DNA of 64,000 bases from Candidatus Kaiserbacteria bacterium (GCA_016432285.1 CP066682.1:602274-666273), one strand, 5' to 3'. Shown: positions 27,163 to 36,495, counted from the first letter of the stretch. Notes: generated by a model from the letters alone, not told the origin. A program made the numbers and translations.

Positions 27163-28527
27163 TTACCGTATGTATTCCTTGTGGAGAAGCTGCAACGCTT
27201 TCTCGGCGTCGCGTTCGTGGACGATAAAGGTGATGCTCACGGCGGACGAGGCCTGCGAGATCATCTCCACGTTGATGTCGCTCTTGCCGAGCGCGGTAAA
27301 CATCTTCCCAGCCACGCCCGCCGCGTTGATGCCTCCACCGACAGCGCACACGATCGCCTTGTGCTGCTCGATGTGCACGCGGCCGAGCGTCGCCAGCTCC
27401 GCGATGATCTGCGGGAGATGTTGCTGACTATCAATCGTGAGCGAGACCGAAGTGACGGAGGTGGCGACCACGTCGACGCTCGTGCGATATTTCTCGAAGA
27501 TGCGGAAAATGGCGGCCATGAGACCGTTGGCGTCGAAGAGCTCTGGCGAATGTATGTGCACGATCGTGATCGGACGCTTGAAGGTAAGAGCGTCGACCGT
27601 GTGGCTCTTCACTTTGCGCTTTGCGAAATCCGCCACGATCGTCGTGCCGCGATCCTTCGGCCTGAACGTGTTCAGCACCTTCACCGGAATCCCCTCCCGC
27701 ATCGCCGGGAGAATCGTCTTGGGGTGCAGCACCTTGGCGCCGAAGTACGCAAGCTCGCCCGCCTCCTCAAACGCCAGCTCGGGCACCACCTTCGCATTCT
27801 TCACGAGCCGCGGGTCGGCGGTCATGACACCGGAGACGTCGGTCCAGATCTCGATCGCTTTTGCCTTGAGAGCCGCTCCGAAGATCGCGCCGCTGTAATC
27901 GCTCCCGCCGCGGCCGATCGTCGTCGTTTTTTTATCCTCCGTGGCGCCGATGAAGCCTGTTACCACCTGCAACTTTTTGTGTTTTTTGAAATAGGCGGCG
28001 ATTTGCCTGTTGGTCGTTTTAAAATCCACCGCCGCAGAGCCGAAGTTCGCATCCGTGCGCACTACGTGCCGCGCGTTGAGGTACTCGGCGGGCACGCCCT
28101 TGTCGTTGAGGGCTTCGGTCAGGATGTGTGCCGAGAGCCGTTCGCCGTAGCTCATCACATAATCGAGTGCCTGCGGTGAGACGTCGCGCACCAGTTCCAC
28201 CCCCTTGAGGGCATCCGCAAGGTAGCGGAACATCTTCTCCACCTCCTTGTGCGCTTTCACGCGATTTTTCGCGCTCACGAGATCGTCGACGGCCTTGAGG
28301 TGCCGCACGCGCACTTCCTCCAAGAGAGCCTTGTAGGCTTTGTGCTCCGCCGCCTCATGCGCGATTTTGATGAGCGTGTTCGTAACGCCGTTCATGGCCG
28401 AAACGACGACGGCGCGGACAGCCGCGTCTTTTTGGGGCTTTCGCACGATCTCGATCACCTGCCGCATCGCCTCCGCGGTTCCCATGGAGGTACCGCCAAA
28501 TTTGAGGACCTTCACGCTTGTGCCCAT
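27163..28527 (-). CDS. lysC: aspartate kinase
   Basis: VLKFGGTSMG N-terminus, kinase body and C-terminal ACT domains; 454 aa. Confidence 0.9.
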   Translation of the reverse strand: MGTSVKVLKFGGTSMGTAEAMRQVIEIVRKPQKDAAVRAVVVSAMNGVTNTLIKIAHEAAEHKAYKALLEEVRVRHLKAVDDLVSAKNRVKAHKEVEKMFRYLADALKGVELVRDVSPQALDYVMSYGERLSAHILTEALNDKGVPAEYLNARHVVRTDANFGSAAVDFKTTNRQIAAYFKKHKKLQVVTGFIGATEDKKTTTIGRGGSDYSGAIFGAALKAKAIEIWTDVSGVMTADPRLVKNAKVVPELAFEEAGELAYFGAKVLHPKTILPAMREGIPVKVLNTFRPKDRGTTIVADFAKRKVKSHTVDALTFKRPITIVHIHSPELFDANGLMAAIFRIFEKYRTSVDVVATSVTSVSLTIDSQQHLPQIIAELATLGRVHIEQHKAIVCAVGGGINAAGVAGKMFTALGKSDINVEMISQASSAVSITFIVHERDAEKALQLLHKEYIR

Positions 28528-28567
28528 AGTTCACGCACGCTAACAGGGGGCCCCGCAGCTGTCAAAA

Positions 28568-29470
28568 CTAGAAATTGAGGTCGCGGATGATCTCCGCGTC
28601 GATCTCGCTGAAATTCGTCGGCCTGATTGCGCCCCAGAAGCGCACCATATCTCCCTCCGCAAAGCGTTTGAGGCTTGTGGCAGCCTTCGACTTGCTTAGG
28701 ACGAACGCTTTCGCGTTGAGGTACACGGTGTAGTCGGTGCCGTCGACGGCGACTACGACGGTGATTGGCAGCGTTGTGCCCGAAATGCTCTTCAACGTCC
28801 CCTGAAAGTTCTTCGGTTTGAAGCGCGACGTGTCCTGGTAGATCTCCACCTCCTGTGCTTGAAGCTTTTGCGATTCGTAGTCGTACACGCCCGCAATCGA
28901 AACCACCCGATCGCCCACCGCGATCTCGCCAAACTCAATCTGCCGCGCACCCTTCTTGATCGACACCGAGGCGGAAATCACCACCGACGTTTCTCCGAAC
29001 ACGGAGTTGGGTACCACAATGCTGCGCTCAGTGGCGTTGACGCTCTTTACCGTGCCCGAGATTTTCTTGGACTCCTTGATGAGGGCGATGTCGCGAATCT
29101 TCGTCGCGTTCACCATGATGCTGTCCGCGCCCGAGGCGAGCTTGCCCTCGACATCGATCACGTGCTTCTCGAGTATGTCGGCCGTCGTCGCGCGCTCGCC
29201 GTAGTTTTTGGTAATCATCGTCGAGGTGCCGACGAGCACCGTCACGCGGATGAAGGCGTTGCCCCAGATCGCACGCGTAAAAAGATTACCCCCCGATTTC
29301 TGGAGGATCGTGAGATTCTTTCCCAAAAATTCTCCGCTCGGAGTGATGGTGATTTGCGAATCAGCGCTCGCGAGGAGTGGGAGCACGAGGGCCGTGAGCA
29401 GCGCGGCTGCGGCCGATCCGTAGGCTTTTTTCATGCGGCTGAATATAGCAGCTTCGTGGCGAGCCGACAA
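28568..29470 (-). CDS. secreted protein of unknown function
   Basis: 300 aa; signal peptide then beta-rich repeats. Confidence 0.55.
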   Translation of the reverse strand: MSARHEAAIFSRMKKAYGSAAAALLTALVLPLLASADSQITITPSGEFLGKNLTILQKSGGNLFTRAIWGNAFIRVTVLVGTSTMITKNYGERATTADILEKHVIDVEGKLASGADSIMVNATKIRDIALIKESKKISGTVKSVNATERSIVVPNSVFGETSVVISASVSIKKGARQIEFGEIAVGDRVVSIAGVYDYESQKLQAQEVEIYQDTSRFKPKNFQGTLKSISGTTLPITVVVAVDGTDYTVYLNAKAFVLSKSKAATSLKRFAEGDMVRFWGAIRPTNFSEIDAEIIRDLNF

Positions 29471-29905
29471 TTAGCCCTGCGGCGGTGGCGAGAGTCTGAA
29501 TATTTCTTTGAAATTGCCGCGAAAGCCTTGCACCTCCGCGCTACCCTCCTCCACGTCGCCCGATTTCGCGACCGGGTACTCGCCGCCCTCGTCGAACACT
29601 CCGATCTCCGTGCCCCCGCCGGCCCACCAGCAGATCACACCGGAGAGCTCCTTTTCAAGGAGCTGCCAGTCGGAGTTTTCGATCACGAAGCAGTTTCCCT
29701 CGTACTCGCCCGCAGAAAAGATGGAGCCGCGGTACGTAAGCGCGATCGCCGTCCGCGGTACCTCGCCCGTCTCGGGAAGCTCGGTGAGCTTCCACTCGAA
29801 CTTTCCTGCTCCCGTTTGCTGCGGAGCAACGCTAAAAAAGTACAAGAAACCGGCGACCGCCGCGAGAGCGGCGACCGCCATGACCCATCGCGCGGTGTTG
29901 TTCAT
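29471..29905 (-). CDS. membrane-anchored protein of unknown function
   Basis: 144 aa; N-terminal TM anchor; abuts the preceding gene. Confidence 0.5.
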   Translation of the reverse strand: MNNTARWVMAVAALAAVAGFLYFFSVAPQQTGAGKFEWKLTELPETGEVPRTAIALTYRGSIFSAGEYEGNCFVIENSDWQLLEKELSGVICWWAGGGTEIGVFDEGGEYPVAKSGDVEEGSAEVQGFRGNFKEIFRLSPPPQG

Positions 29906-29973
29906 GGCGAAAGTATAGCACCGCGCCCATCAGTGGCCGCCAACGAGCGGCGCACACGAGCGGTGCAATTCTC

Positions 29974-30165
29974 TTAAGCTCGGCGGCCCGATGCCTGTCC
30001 GCCTTTTCTGCCGGCTGCGGCCGCGCGCTGGGGGTTGTTGGCGAAGTTGCCGGGATTATTCTCCCTCCCCTGACTCTGTCCGCCCTTGCTTGCGATCTGA
30101 CGCTGCTTATCCGGGTCCATCGCCGCAAAACCGCGATTGCTTTTTCCTTGTGAATCCATGGCCAT
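29974..30165 (-). CDS. KGG-repeat general stress protein (YciG-like)
   Basis: 63 aa with SKGGQS / GRKGGQA repeats. Confidence 0.6.
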   Translation of the reverse strand: MAMDSQGKSNRGFAAMDPDKQRQIASKGGQSQGRENNPGNFANNPQRAAAAGRKGGQASGRRA

Positions 30166-30333
30166 ACGTAAGAAGTGAATCGTTAGCTGCTAAAACCGTA
30201 ACGAACCTTCTCTTTTTTACTGATACGCCGTGAATGATCGGTTAAACGCCGCTTTGTGGCACGCAAAAAAAGAATGGGGAATTTATGAAGTTTGGACTCT
30301 AAAAACGGCTCCGCATACAATCGGATCTACTTC

Positions 30334-30975
30334 ATGGGAGCATCATTGTTTTCGTTGTATACCTTTGCGATCGCTGCGGCGATCGCCGTCTCCACGCCCG
30401 GCATGGCACCGCAGCTTCTGATTGCCGCCCCCACTCCTGCCGAGGCCTTCGTGAGCCCTCCGCAGCCCTCCTTTGAGCAGCTCTCGCGCGATCTAAGCGC
30501 CGCGATCGTCGAGGCGATGCCGGAGATTGCGGGCCCGCAGGACATGCCGGTGCGCGTGCGGATCCCCTCGATCAAGCTCGACTCCCCCATCGAGAATATG
30601 GGGATCAACGCAAAAGGCGAGATGGACGTGCCGGACGGCGCCACCAACAACGTCGGCTGGTACAAGGACGGTACCGTCCCCGGCTTTACGGGAAGCTCGG
30701 TCTTCGACGCGCACGTGTACGCCGCATTCGCGAAGCTGCGCTACGTCAAAGTCGGCGACGAAATCTTCGTCACCACGGCGGGCGGCAAAACGCTTCGCTT
30801 CGTCGTCTCGGATTCCCGTGTATACAAACTGAACGAGCTCACCTCCGACATGCTCTTCGCGCAGAAAGACGCGAAGCGCCTCAATCTCATCACCTGCGCA
30901 GGGAAATTCGTCAAAGCGATCGACACGTACGACAAACGCCTCGTCGTGTACGCGATCTTCACTGGAGAGATCTGA
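30334..30975 (+). CDS. sortase-family transpeptidase
   Basis: TM anchor and LNLITCAG catalytic Cys motif (TLxTC); start taken at Met 15 of the ORF. Confidence 0.7.
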   Translation: MGASLFSLYTFAIAAAIAVSTPGMAPQLLIAAPTPAEAFVSPPQPSFEQLSRDLSAAIVEAMPEIAGPQDMPVRVRIPSIKLDSPIENMGINAKGEMDVPDGATNNVGWYKDGTVPGFTGSSVFDAHVYAAFAKLRYVKVGDEIFVTTAGGKTLRFVVSDSRVYKLNELTSDMLFAQKDAKRLNLITCAGKFVKAIDTYDKRLVVYAIFTGEI

Positions 30976-30984
30976 TCCCCCGCC

Positions 30985-31353
30985 TCAGGCCTCTACCTCG
31001 ACCGTGAACCCTCCGTACGCCATGCGCTTCATGTCGAAGGGCATGTCTTTCATCATGTCCTCTCCATATTTTTCCTCGAAGTGCGCCATCACCTTTTTAT
31101 TGACCGCGTCGCGGTGCGCCCGCGACTTGAAGACGATGAACGAAAACCACACGTTTTCCGTTGGCTTCGCTTTTGCCATGATCGGGAACGTAAAAGAAAC
31201 CCACTGCGGTTTCTGGTCGTTGATCAGACATTCCTTGTAATCGAGCGCGCCGAATTTCTTCCACACCCTTGCCGCGTCTTTTGCCATCTTCCGATATTTT
31301 GCGGTATTTTTTTTCGGAACCGTCAGCACGAACCCATCAACGTATTTGGCCAT
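30985..31353 (-). CDS. DUF1428-family protein
   Basis: 122 aa; MAKYVDGFVL N-terminus characteristic of the family. Confidence 0.65.
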   Translation of the reverse strand: MAKYVDGFVLTVPKKNTAKYRKMAKDAARVWKKFGALDYKECLINDQKPQWVSFTFPIMAKAKPTENVWFSFIVFKSRAHRDAVNKKVMAHFEEKYGEDMMKDMPFDMKRMAYGGFTVEVEA

Positions 31354-31468
31354 AGCATTTATTTACTCGCGAGTAAAAGCGCATGTTCGCCCGAAAACAT
31401 TAATTTGTCATGAGGTTTAATCGCCGCAAAAGTTTGTTAGTATCCAAGGGACCGCGCGAGCGGACTTT

Positions 31469-31539
31469 TGCCGGATCGTCTAACGGTAGGACACCGCCCT
31501 TTGGAGGCGGGTATCTTGGTTCGAATCCAAGTCCGGCAA
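31469..31539 (+). tRNA. tRNA-Gln (anticodon TTG)
   Basis: cloverleaf: acceptor TGCCGGA/TCCGGCA, anticodon stem CCGCC/GGCGG loop CTTTGGA, T-arm CTTGG-TTCGAAT-CCAAG. Confidence 0.7.
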
Positions 31540-31576
31540 CAAAAAATTAGGAACTTTTGACAATCAGATCAGACGG

Positions 31577-32062
31577 GTGTTTGCTGGCGCGCGGGAGGCA
31601 TTTCGCCTCGGAGGATTAACCATGACGCATGCTCTGACGGCTCAGGCTGCACAAGCAACTCTCGGCCCATTCCAGCAGGCGGCGAACAGGCTGAAACAGT
31701 TCGCAGTCGACTGCAAGGTTCCGAACGCCGCTAAGATCAAATTCGATGGGCAACTTGACCTCGAATGGAAGAAGGCGTTGGAGATGATTTTCATTGACAA
31801 CGTTCTTCGACGAAGATTCGACTATGGGGTTTTGCGCGAGGTTCGCGATTCTCTCGTTCCGATCATGGGGCGCTGGAGTTTTGTCGGCGATATCGGGCAG
31901 AACGCGGGGCATTACCAGTTTCTGGGACTTGTCCGGCGAATGGCGCAAACAGAAGCACGACTCAATATCGTGCGCTGGAACGCCCAACGCGACAAACTAA
32001 GAGCAGAACTCCATCGTTTGACCGACTGGCGTGCCATCAACAATCTATTATCCTGGGATTGA
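31577..32062 (+). CDS. hypothetical protein
   Basis: 161-aa ORF directly downstream of tRNA-Gln; no family recognised; followed by a terminator. Confidence 0.45.
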   Translation: MFAGAREAFRLGGLTMTHALTAQAAQATLGPFQQAANRLKQFAVDCKVPNAAKIKFDGQLDLEWKKALEMIFIDNVLRRRFDYGVLREVRDSLVPIMGRWSFVGDIGQNAGHYQFLGLVRRMAQTEARLNIVRWNAQRDKLRAELHRLTDWRAINNLLSWD

Positions 32063-32078
32063 CGAGTGGGCGCGAACG

Positions 32079-32116
32079 CAGCGAGGCTCCGCAAGGGTCC
32101 TCGCTGCAATTTTTAA
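32079..32116 (+). terminator. rho-independent terminator
   Basis: CAGCGAGG-12nt-CCTCGCTG then CAATTTTTAATTT. Confidence 0.5.
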
Positions 32117-32183
32117 TTTGCATTCTCCTCCATTCGTGCCAAAGAGGTCGACGTCAAACCAAACACGCAACACGAATAACCAA

Positions 32184-32945
32184 TTACTCGACGCGGGTGT
32201 AGGTGAGCACGCCGCCGCGGTCCATATAGATCAGCTCAAGCTGATCGGGCGTCATTTTCGTCACTTTGAAGTTCAGATTGTCGGCCTGCGTGCCGCTCAT
32301 CGTAAGCTGGAGGTATGCGGTGTCTGGCTCGATCGGAAAGGCGACCGTAACGGGCTTTTCTTTCGTAAAGACCTTCCACGTGCCCGTAGAGACTGATTTA
32401 TTCTCGTACCAGTCTGTCACCGTGCCGTTTTCCATGAATATCCGCGCGGATTTCGGATCGTCCGTCGCTTGCCACTTGCCAAGAATGCTCTCGCTCACGA
32501 TAACCACGAGATCCTGCTGCAAGCCTCCACCTTCGCCCGGATCACCCCAGTTCCACGGCGCCATGTCGGTGCTCGGCTTCGGATTGCAGACGGCCATCTT
32601 CTCCCCCACCGTCAGTTGCACTTCTTCACCTGCCCCGGAGAAAACGACGAGCGGGCCCGTTGTGGTCTCAAAGTGCGCGGCGTCGCCCATCTTGGCGAGT
32701 TTGATCGTGCCTGTGAACAGAGCCTGCGCCCCGGCCTCAAGCGTGATCTCGCTCACATCGGCCGAAGGACTCATGGAGAACTCCGAGCCGTTGTCGCAGA
32801 CGTAGGCGTATGTCCCCATGTCAGAGTTCATCGCAGCGTCCTGCGTCTTGGTGCTCTGGAGATACCACAGCACACCACCGATAATCACGATCGCGCCCAA
32901 AACCCATGTGAAGATTTTCATACCCGCAGGATAGCGCCCCTTCAC
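32184..32945 (-). CDS. membrane-anchored secreted protein of unknown function
   Basis: 253 aa; N-terminal TM/signal; overlaps dnaX stop by 4 nt. Confidence 0.55.
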   Translation of the reverse strand: MKGRYPAGMKIFTWVLGAIVIIGGVLWYLQSTKTQDAAMNSDMGTYAYVCDNGSEFSMSPSADVSEITLEAGAQALFTGTIKLAKMGDAAHFETTTGPLVVFSGAGEEVQLTVGEKMAVCNPKPSTDMAPWNWGDPGEGGGLQQDLVVIVSESILGKWQATDDPKSARIFMENGTVTDWYENKSVSTGTWKVFTKEKPVTVAFPIEPDTAYLQLTMSGTQADNLNFKVTKMTPDQLELIYMDRGGVLTYTRVE

Positions 32946-33988
32946 GCGGCGTCAATGCCCTTTTTGGTGATGTCGAGTATCGCGAGCTCGAGCGGCAGGT
33001 GTGGCACGGCTGCGTACGCCATGGTGGCGTATGCGTCGAGGAGCGCACGCAGCGTGTCGGAAGTGATCCCCGGATCCTTCGAGAGCTCCGTGCTAAGCGC
33101 GAGATCGGCTTCCGAGAGCTCGCGCGAGAAGGAGGCGGCGAGCTCGGGTGCGTACCGCAGAAGCAGCACCGCCCGCGTGCGGTGGATGAGGAGCTTCGCG
33201 AGCATGCGTGCATCGAGGTTTTCCGCAATTGCCCCTTCCAGCGTGCCGAGCGCCGCCGCTGTATCTTTTTTCACGATTGCCGAAAGTATCTGTCGCACGA
33301 TTTCGCCCCGTGGTGCGCCAGAGACCATCTCGACTTCGCTCACGTCGATCTTCTTGTCTTTCGACACCGCAAGCACCTTCTGGAGGATCGAGAGGGCGTC
33401 GCGGAAGGAGCCTTCCGCAAGAAGCGCCACGAGCTCGGCGGCTGATTTCTCGAGCGCGTATCCCTCCTTCTTGGCGATGTCGCTCACGATCTCCGAAAGA
33501 ATCTCGCGCGACGGCTGCTTGAAGGAATAGATCTCGCAGCGCGACTGGATGGTTTCCGGCACTTTATCGCGCTCGGTCGTCGCGAGCACGAAAATCGCGT
33601 GCGCGGGCGGCTCCTCGAGCGTTTTTAGGAAGGCGTTCCACGCGTCTTTCGTGAGCATGTGCGCCTCGTCGATGATGTAAAACTTGTACGGCGATTCAAA
33701 GGGCATGGCGAAGACACCCTCCCGCAGCTCGCGGATGTCGTCGATGCCGCGATTCGACGCCGCGTCGATTTCGTAGAGATCCTTTGCCGAGACGCCGAGC
33801 TCGCTCGCGAGGATGCGCGCCACCGAGGTCTTCCCTGTTCCCCTGCTTCCCGCAAAGAGGTAGGCATGCGCGAGGCGCTTGTTCTTGATCGCCTTTTTCA
33901 AGACGTCGGTCACGTGCGCTTGTCCGCGGACCTGCTCGAAACTGTCGGGGCGGTAGGTGCGGTACAAAACCCCGCGGCTCTCTTTCAT
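32942..33988 (-). CDS. dnaX: DNA polymerase III subunit gamma/tau, short form
   Basis: AYLFAGSRGTGKTS Walker A, DEAHML Walker B, SRC motif; only 348 aa. Confidence 0.85.
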   Translation of the reverse strand: MKESRGVLYRTYRPDSFEQVRGQAHVTDVLKKAIKNKRLAHAYLFAGSRGTGKTSVARILASELGVSAKDLYEIDAASNRGIDDIRELREGVFAMPFESPYKFYIIDEAHMLTKDAWNAFLKTLEEPPAHAIFVLATTERDKVPETIQSRCEIYSFKQPSREILSEIVSDIAKKEGYALEKSAAELVALLAEGSFRDALSILQKVLAVSKDKKIDVSEVEMVSGAPRGEIVRQILSAIVKKDTAAALGTLEGAIAENLDARMLAKLLIHRTRAVLLLRYAPELAASFSRELSEADLALSTELSKDPGITSDTLRALLDAYATMAYAAVPHLPLELAILDITKKGIDAA

Positions 33989-34424
33989 GCGCAGCAGTAT
34001 AACAAAACCCCGGCCGGAAAGCCGAGGGGTGAGAACGACACAGAGTCGTCTCTTGGAGGTGGGCCCGAGGGCCGAACAACGAAGAGCTCTTGTAGGCGCT
34101 CTTATTTTACAGTGTCCGCGCAGATGGCGCGTGACTCGGCGTCGAGGCGGACGCGGACGCTTGACTGGCCTCGCCAGTGCGCGACGCGCGCGGCGCGATC
34201 CAGCACGTGCAGGTGCGACTGCACGACGGACGAATGCCTCAGAAAAAAGGCGATATCGGGAATCATGATCTCCTCACCCGATGATTGGATGCCGTTTAGC
34301 GCAAGGTTCAAGGTATCCTCCCGTTTCCTGTGATTGTTGACTCACGCACGCGGTACGCCAGAAATAGGAACAACTTCACTTCGATCTTCTGTGTAGCACC
34401 TTTCAGATGTCTATTTGGTGAAGC

Positions 34425-34460
34425 GGCAAACAGAAAACCGGCGGCACTTCGTGCCGCCGG
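34425..34460 (-). terminator. rho-independent terminator
   Basis: CCGGCGGCAC-gaag-GTGCCGCCGG perfect stem then TTTTCTGTTT on minus strand. Confidence 0.7.
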
Positions 34461-34484
34461 CCAATGCTCTGTCATGTGGCTCAG

Positions 34485-34724
34485 TCATCCGACGAGCCAG
34501 CTCGCGAACTCAGGACTCTGGGAGCGGTGTTTTTCAACTTCCGCCAACGGAATGCTCATCAACTTCGCAACGTTGTCGACGGTAAGCCGAGCGCCCCGAA
34601 AATCGAGCACGATGAGCGCCGCGTTAAAGGGCGAAATCGTGTAGACCCTCTTGGGGTTCGATCTCATGGAGCGGCCAAAGAGCGGCGCTCGTGTCTCAGG
34701 TGTGAGCGGTTGGAAGCCAAGCAT
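34485..34724 (-). CDS. small HTH-like protein (79 aa)
   Basis: GAGGAGG SD 6 nt upstream of ATG; C-terminal RLTVDNVAKLMSIPLAEV helix-turn-helix-like segment. Confidence 0.55.
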   Translation of the reverse strand: MLGFQPLTPETRAPLFGRSMRSNPKRVYTISPFNAALIVLDFRGARLTVDNVAKLMSIPLAEVEKHRSQSPEFASWLVG

Positions 34725-34811
34725 ATGATCCTCCTCTTTCAGATCGATACTAGGTGATGCGGAGACGACCTACTCTCTAGCATCCCAAAAGCCCTGTGTC
34801 TATCTCGTGAG

Positions 34812-34844
34812 CAACAAAATCGGCCGGTGCAAGGACCGGCCGAT
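34812..34844 (-). terminator. rho-independent terminator
   Basis: ATCGGCCGG-8nt-CCGGCCGAT then TTTTGTTG on minus strand. Confidence 0.65.
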
Positions 34845-34853
34845 ATGCCGCAG

Positions 34854-35396
34854 CTACTTCTTGAGGGTCAGTGTAACGGGTGGCGGAGCGTCCAAGAGTT
34901 GCGAGGCGAAGAGCGGATTGCTCGTCGCATACGTCTTGATCACGAATGGCGTCACGCCGGCGGCTGCGGCGACGTTGCTGACGGTACGCTCGGGAAGTGG
35001 GAGCTTCGCGAGCGCTTCCGCATAACGACGCGCAATAATTTCCCTTAGTTCCGCGTCGCTTCGGATCTGGATCTGTTCCCTTTTTTTGGGCTCATCGATC
35101 CTGCGCGATTGGACAGGGGAGCGCTTCGCCCTTCGGTACGCCGCCTCCGCCTCCTCGCCGATGCAGATCGTCCGAATCCTCCCCAAATCCGCCGGCTCGA
35201 GGCTCGTGAGAAAGTTGTAAACGATGTAGCCGGACGCGAGGCCGCAGCGCTTGTACACGCGGCGCGCAAACTTTGTCCGCCAGTCCCAAGGCTCCATAAA
35301 GCCCTCGGAGCGGCACTCCTGCGCGACGATCGTGAGGGTTTTCACGCGGTCTGCGTAGCGTTCGCCAAAAACAAGTCGGGAAGCATGCGTGTTCAT
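34854..35396 (-). CDS. hypothetical protein with C-terminal HTH-like segment (180 aa)
   Basis: GGAGGAG SD before MNTHAS; C-terminal ERTVSNVAAAAGVTPFVIKTY resembles the HTH segment of the neighbouring 79-aa protein. Confidence 0.55.
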   Translation of the reverse strand: MNTHASRLVFGERYADRVKTLTIVAQECRSEGFMEPWDWRTKFARRVYKRCGLASGYIVYNFLTSLEPADLGRIRTICIGEEAEAAYRRAKRSPVQSRRIDEPKKREQIQIRSDAELREIIARRYAEALAKLPLPERTVSNVAAAAGVTPFVIKTYATSNPLFASQLLDAPPPVTLTLKK

Positions 35397-35420
35397 TGGT
35401 GTCTCCTCCAACAACGCGAC

Positions 35421-36437
35421 TCACGCGTTGATTTCCGATGACACTATAGCTTCCAGTTCTGCCACCGCAAGTTCCGTGAGGAGCAACTCCTTTGCGGCGG
35501 CCGCCGATTCAGTCTCCATCAAAAGCGTTCGAAGATCCTTGGCACCAGCCCATCCGGAAATGTACGCCTTGAAATGCTTTTTCATCACCGCGTAGTTGGT
35601 CGTATCGCCAAGCAGCTCCTCAAAGAGATTGAGATGCTCGATCAGTGCCCTGATGTTCCGCTGCGGAACATTCTCACATTCTTGAGAATGTGAGAATAAC
35701 CACGGCGTACCGAAGATGGCGCGGCCAAGCATCACGCCGTCGCAGCCGCTTTCGGCGGCTTTCTTTTGCGCGTCCTCCATATTCTCCACGTCGCCGTTGC
35801 CGATGATCAGCGTCCTCGTCGAGGCCTCGCCTTGACGATTGTTGCGAATGGCGACAGCCCGCTTGATGTGATCCCACCGCGCGGGCACGTCCGACATTTC
35901 CTTGCGAGTGCGGGCGTGAATGGCGATCGCGGCAGGCGCTTCTGCGAGCAGCTCCGGCAGCCAGGATTCGAGCTCGTCTTTGTTGTAGCCGATCCGCGTC
36001 TTCAGCGAGACGGGCAGACCCGGAGCGCCGCGCTTTGCGGCCCGTAAGAGCTCCCTCGCAAGCGCCGGATGCTTGATGAGCGCCGCGCCGCAGCCACTTT
36101 TTTCTACCGCCCTGTCCGGACAGCCCATGTTGATGTCTACGCCGTCGAAGCCAAGCTCCCCGATAATCGCCGCCACGCGCTCCAGGGTATCGGGCACTGA
36201 GGTAAACACTTGCGCGACGATCGGCCGTTCCGATTCGGAGTAGAGCAGCTTCTTCAGGAGTTTCTGCTTCCCCTTTTCGTCAGCGAGCAAAAGGCCGTCG
36301 GCCGAAGTGAACTCGGTGTACATCACATCGGGCTTTCCGCACGATGCGATCAAGCGCCTGAAGGCGGCGTCCGTTACGTCTTCAAGCGGAGCCAGCGCGA
36401 AAAAAGGCCGCGGGAGTCGCTGCCAAAAAGATTTCAT
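35421..36437 (-). CDS. dus: tRNA-dihydrouridine synthase
   Basis: 338 aa TIM-barrel flavoenzyme; LAPLEDVTD N-terminal motif, catalytic Cys region. Confidence 0.85.
   Translation of the reverse strand: MKSFWQRLPRPFFALAPLEDVTDAAFRRLIASCGKPDVMYTEFTSADGLLLADEKGKQKLLKKLLYSESERPIVAQVFTSVPDTLERVAAIIGELGFDGVDINMGCPDRAVEKSGCGAALIKHPALARELLRAAKRGAPGLPVSLKTRIGYNKDELESWLPELLAEAPAAIAIHARTRKEMSDVPARWDHIKRAVAIRNNRQGEASTRTLIIGNGDVENMEDAQKKAAESGCDGVMLGRAIFGTPWLFSHSQECENVPQRNIRALIEHLNLFEELLGDTTNYAVMKKHFKAYISGWAGAKDLRTLLMETESAAAAKELLLTELAVAELEAIVSSEINA
35670..35697. repeat. perfect 12-bp inverted repeat with 4-bp spacer inside dus (ATTCTCACATTC-ttga-GAATGTGAGAAT)
   Basis: seen directly in the sequence; lies within the coding region. 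Confidence 0.3.
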
Positions 36438-36466
36438 CGAAAGAATATAGCAGGTGCGTTCATTTT

Positions 36467-36495
36467 TTGACAGAAATTATGAAGAAACGCATAAT
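36467..36495 (+). promoter_or_regulatory. near-consensus sigma70-type promoter (TTGACA-17nt-CATAAT)
   Basis: AT-rich divergent region between dus and the small + strand gene. Confidence 0.45.

Noticed and set aside
26023-28179. 718-aa plus-strand ORF
   Set aside because: It is antisense to the clearly conserved asd and lysC genes and has Arg/Asp-rich low-complexity composition.
33989-34437. SRP (4.5S/scRNA) gene upstream of dnaX
   Set aside because: The conserved domain IV motifs (GGAAGCAGC, GUCCGGAAGG) are absent on either strand. The interval is reported as an unexplained structured region instead.
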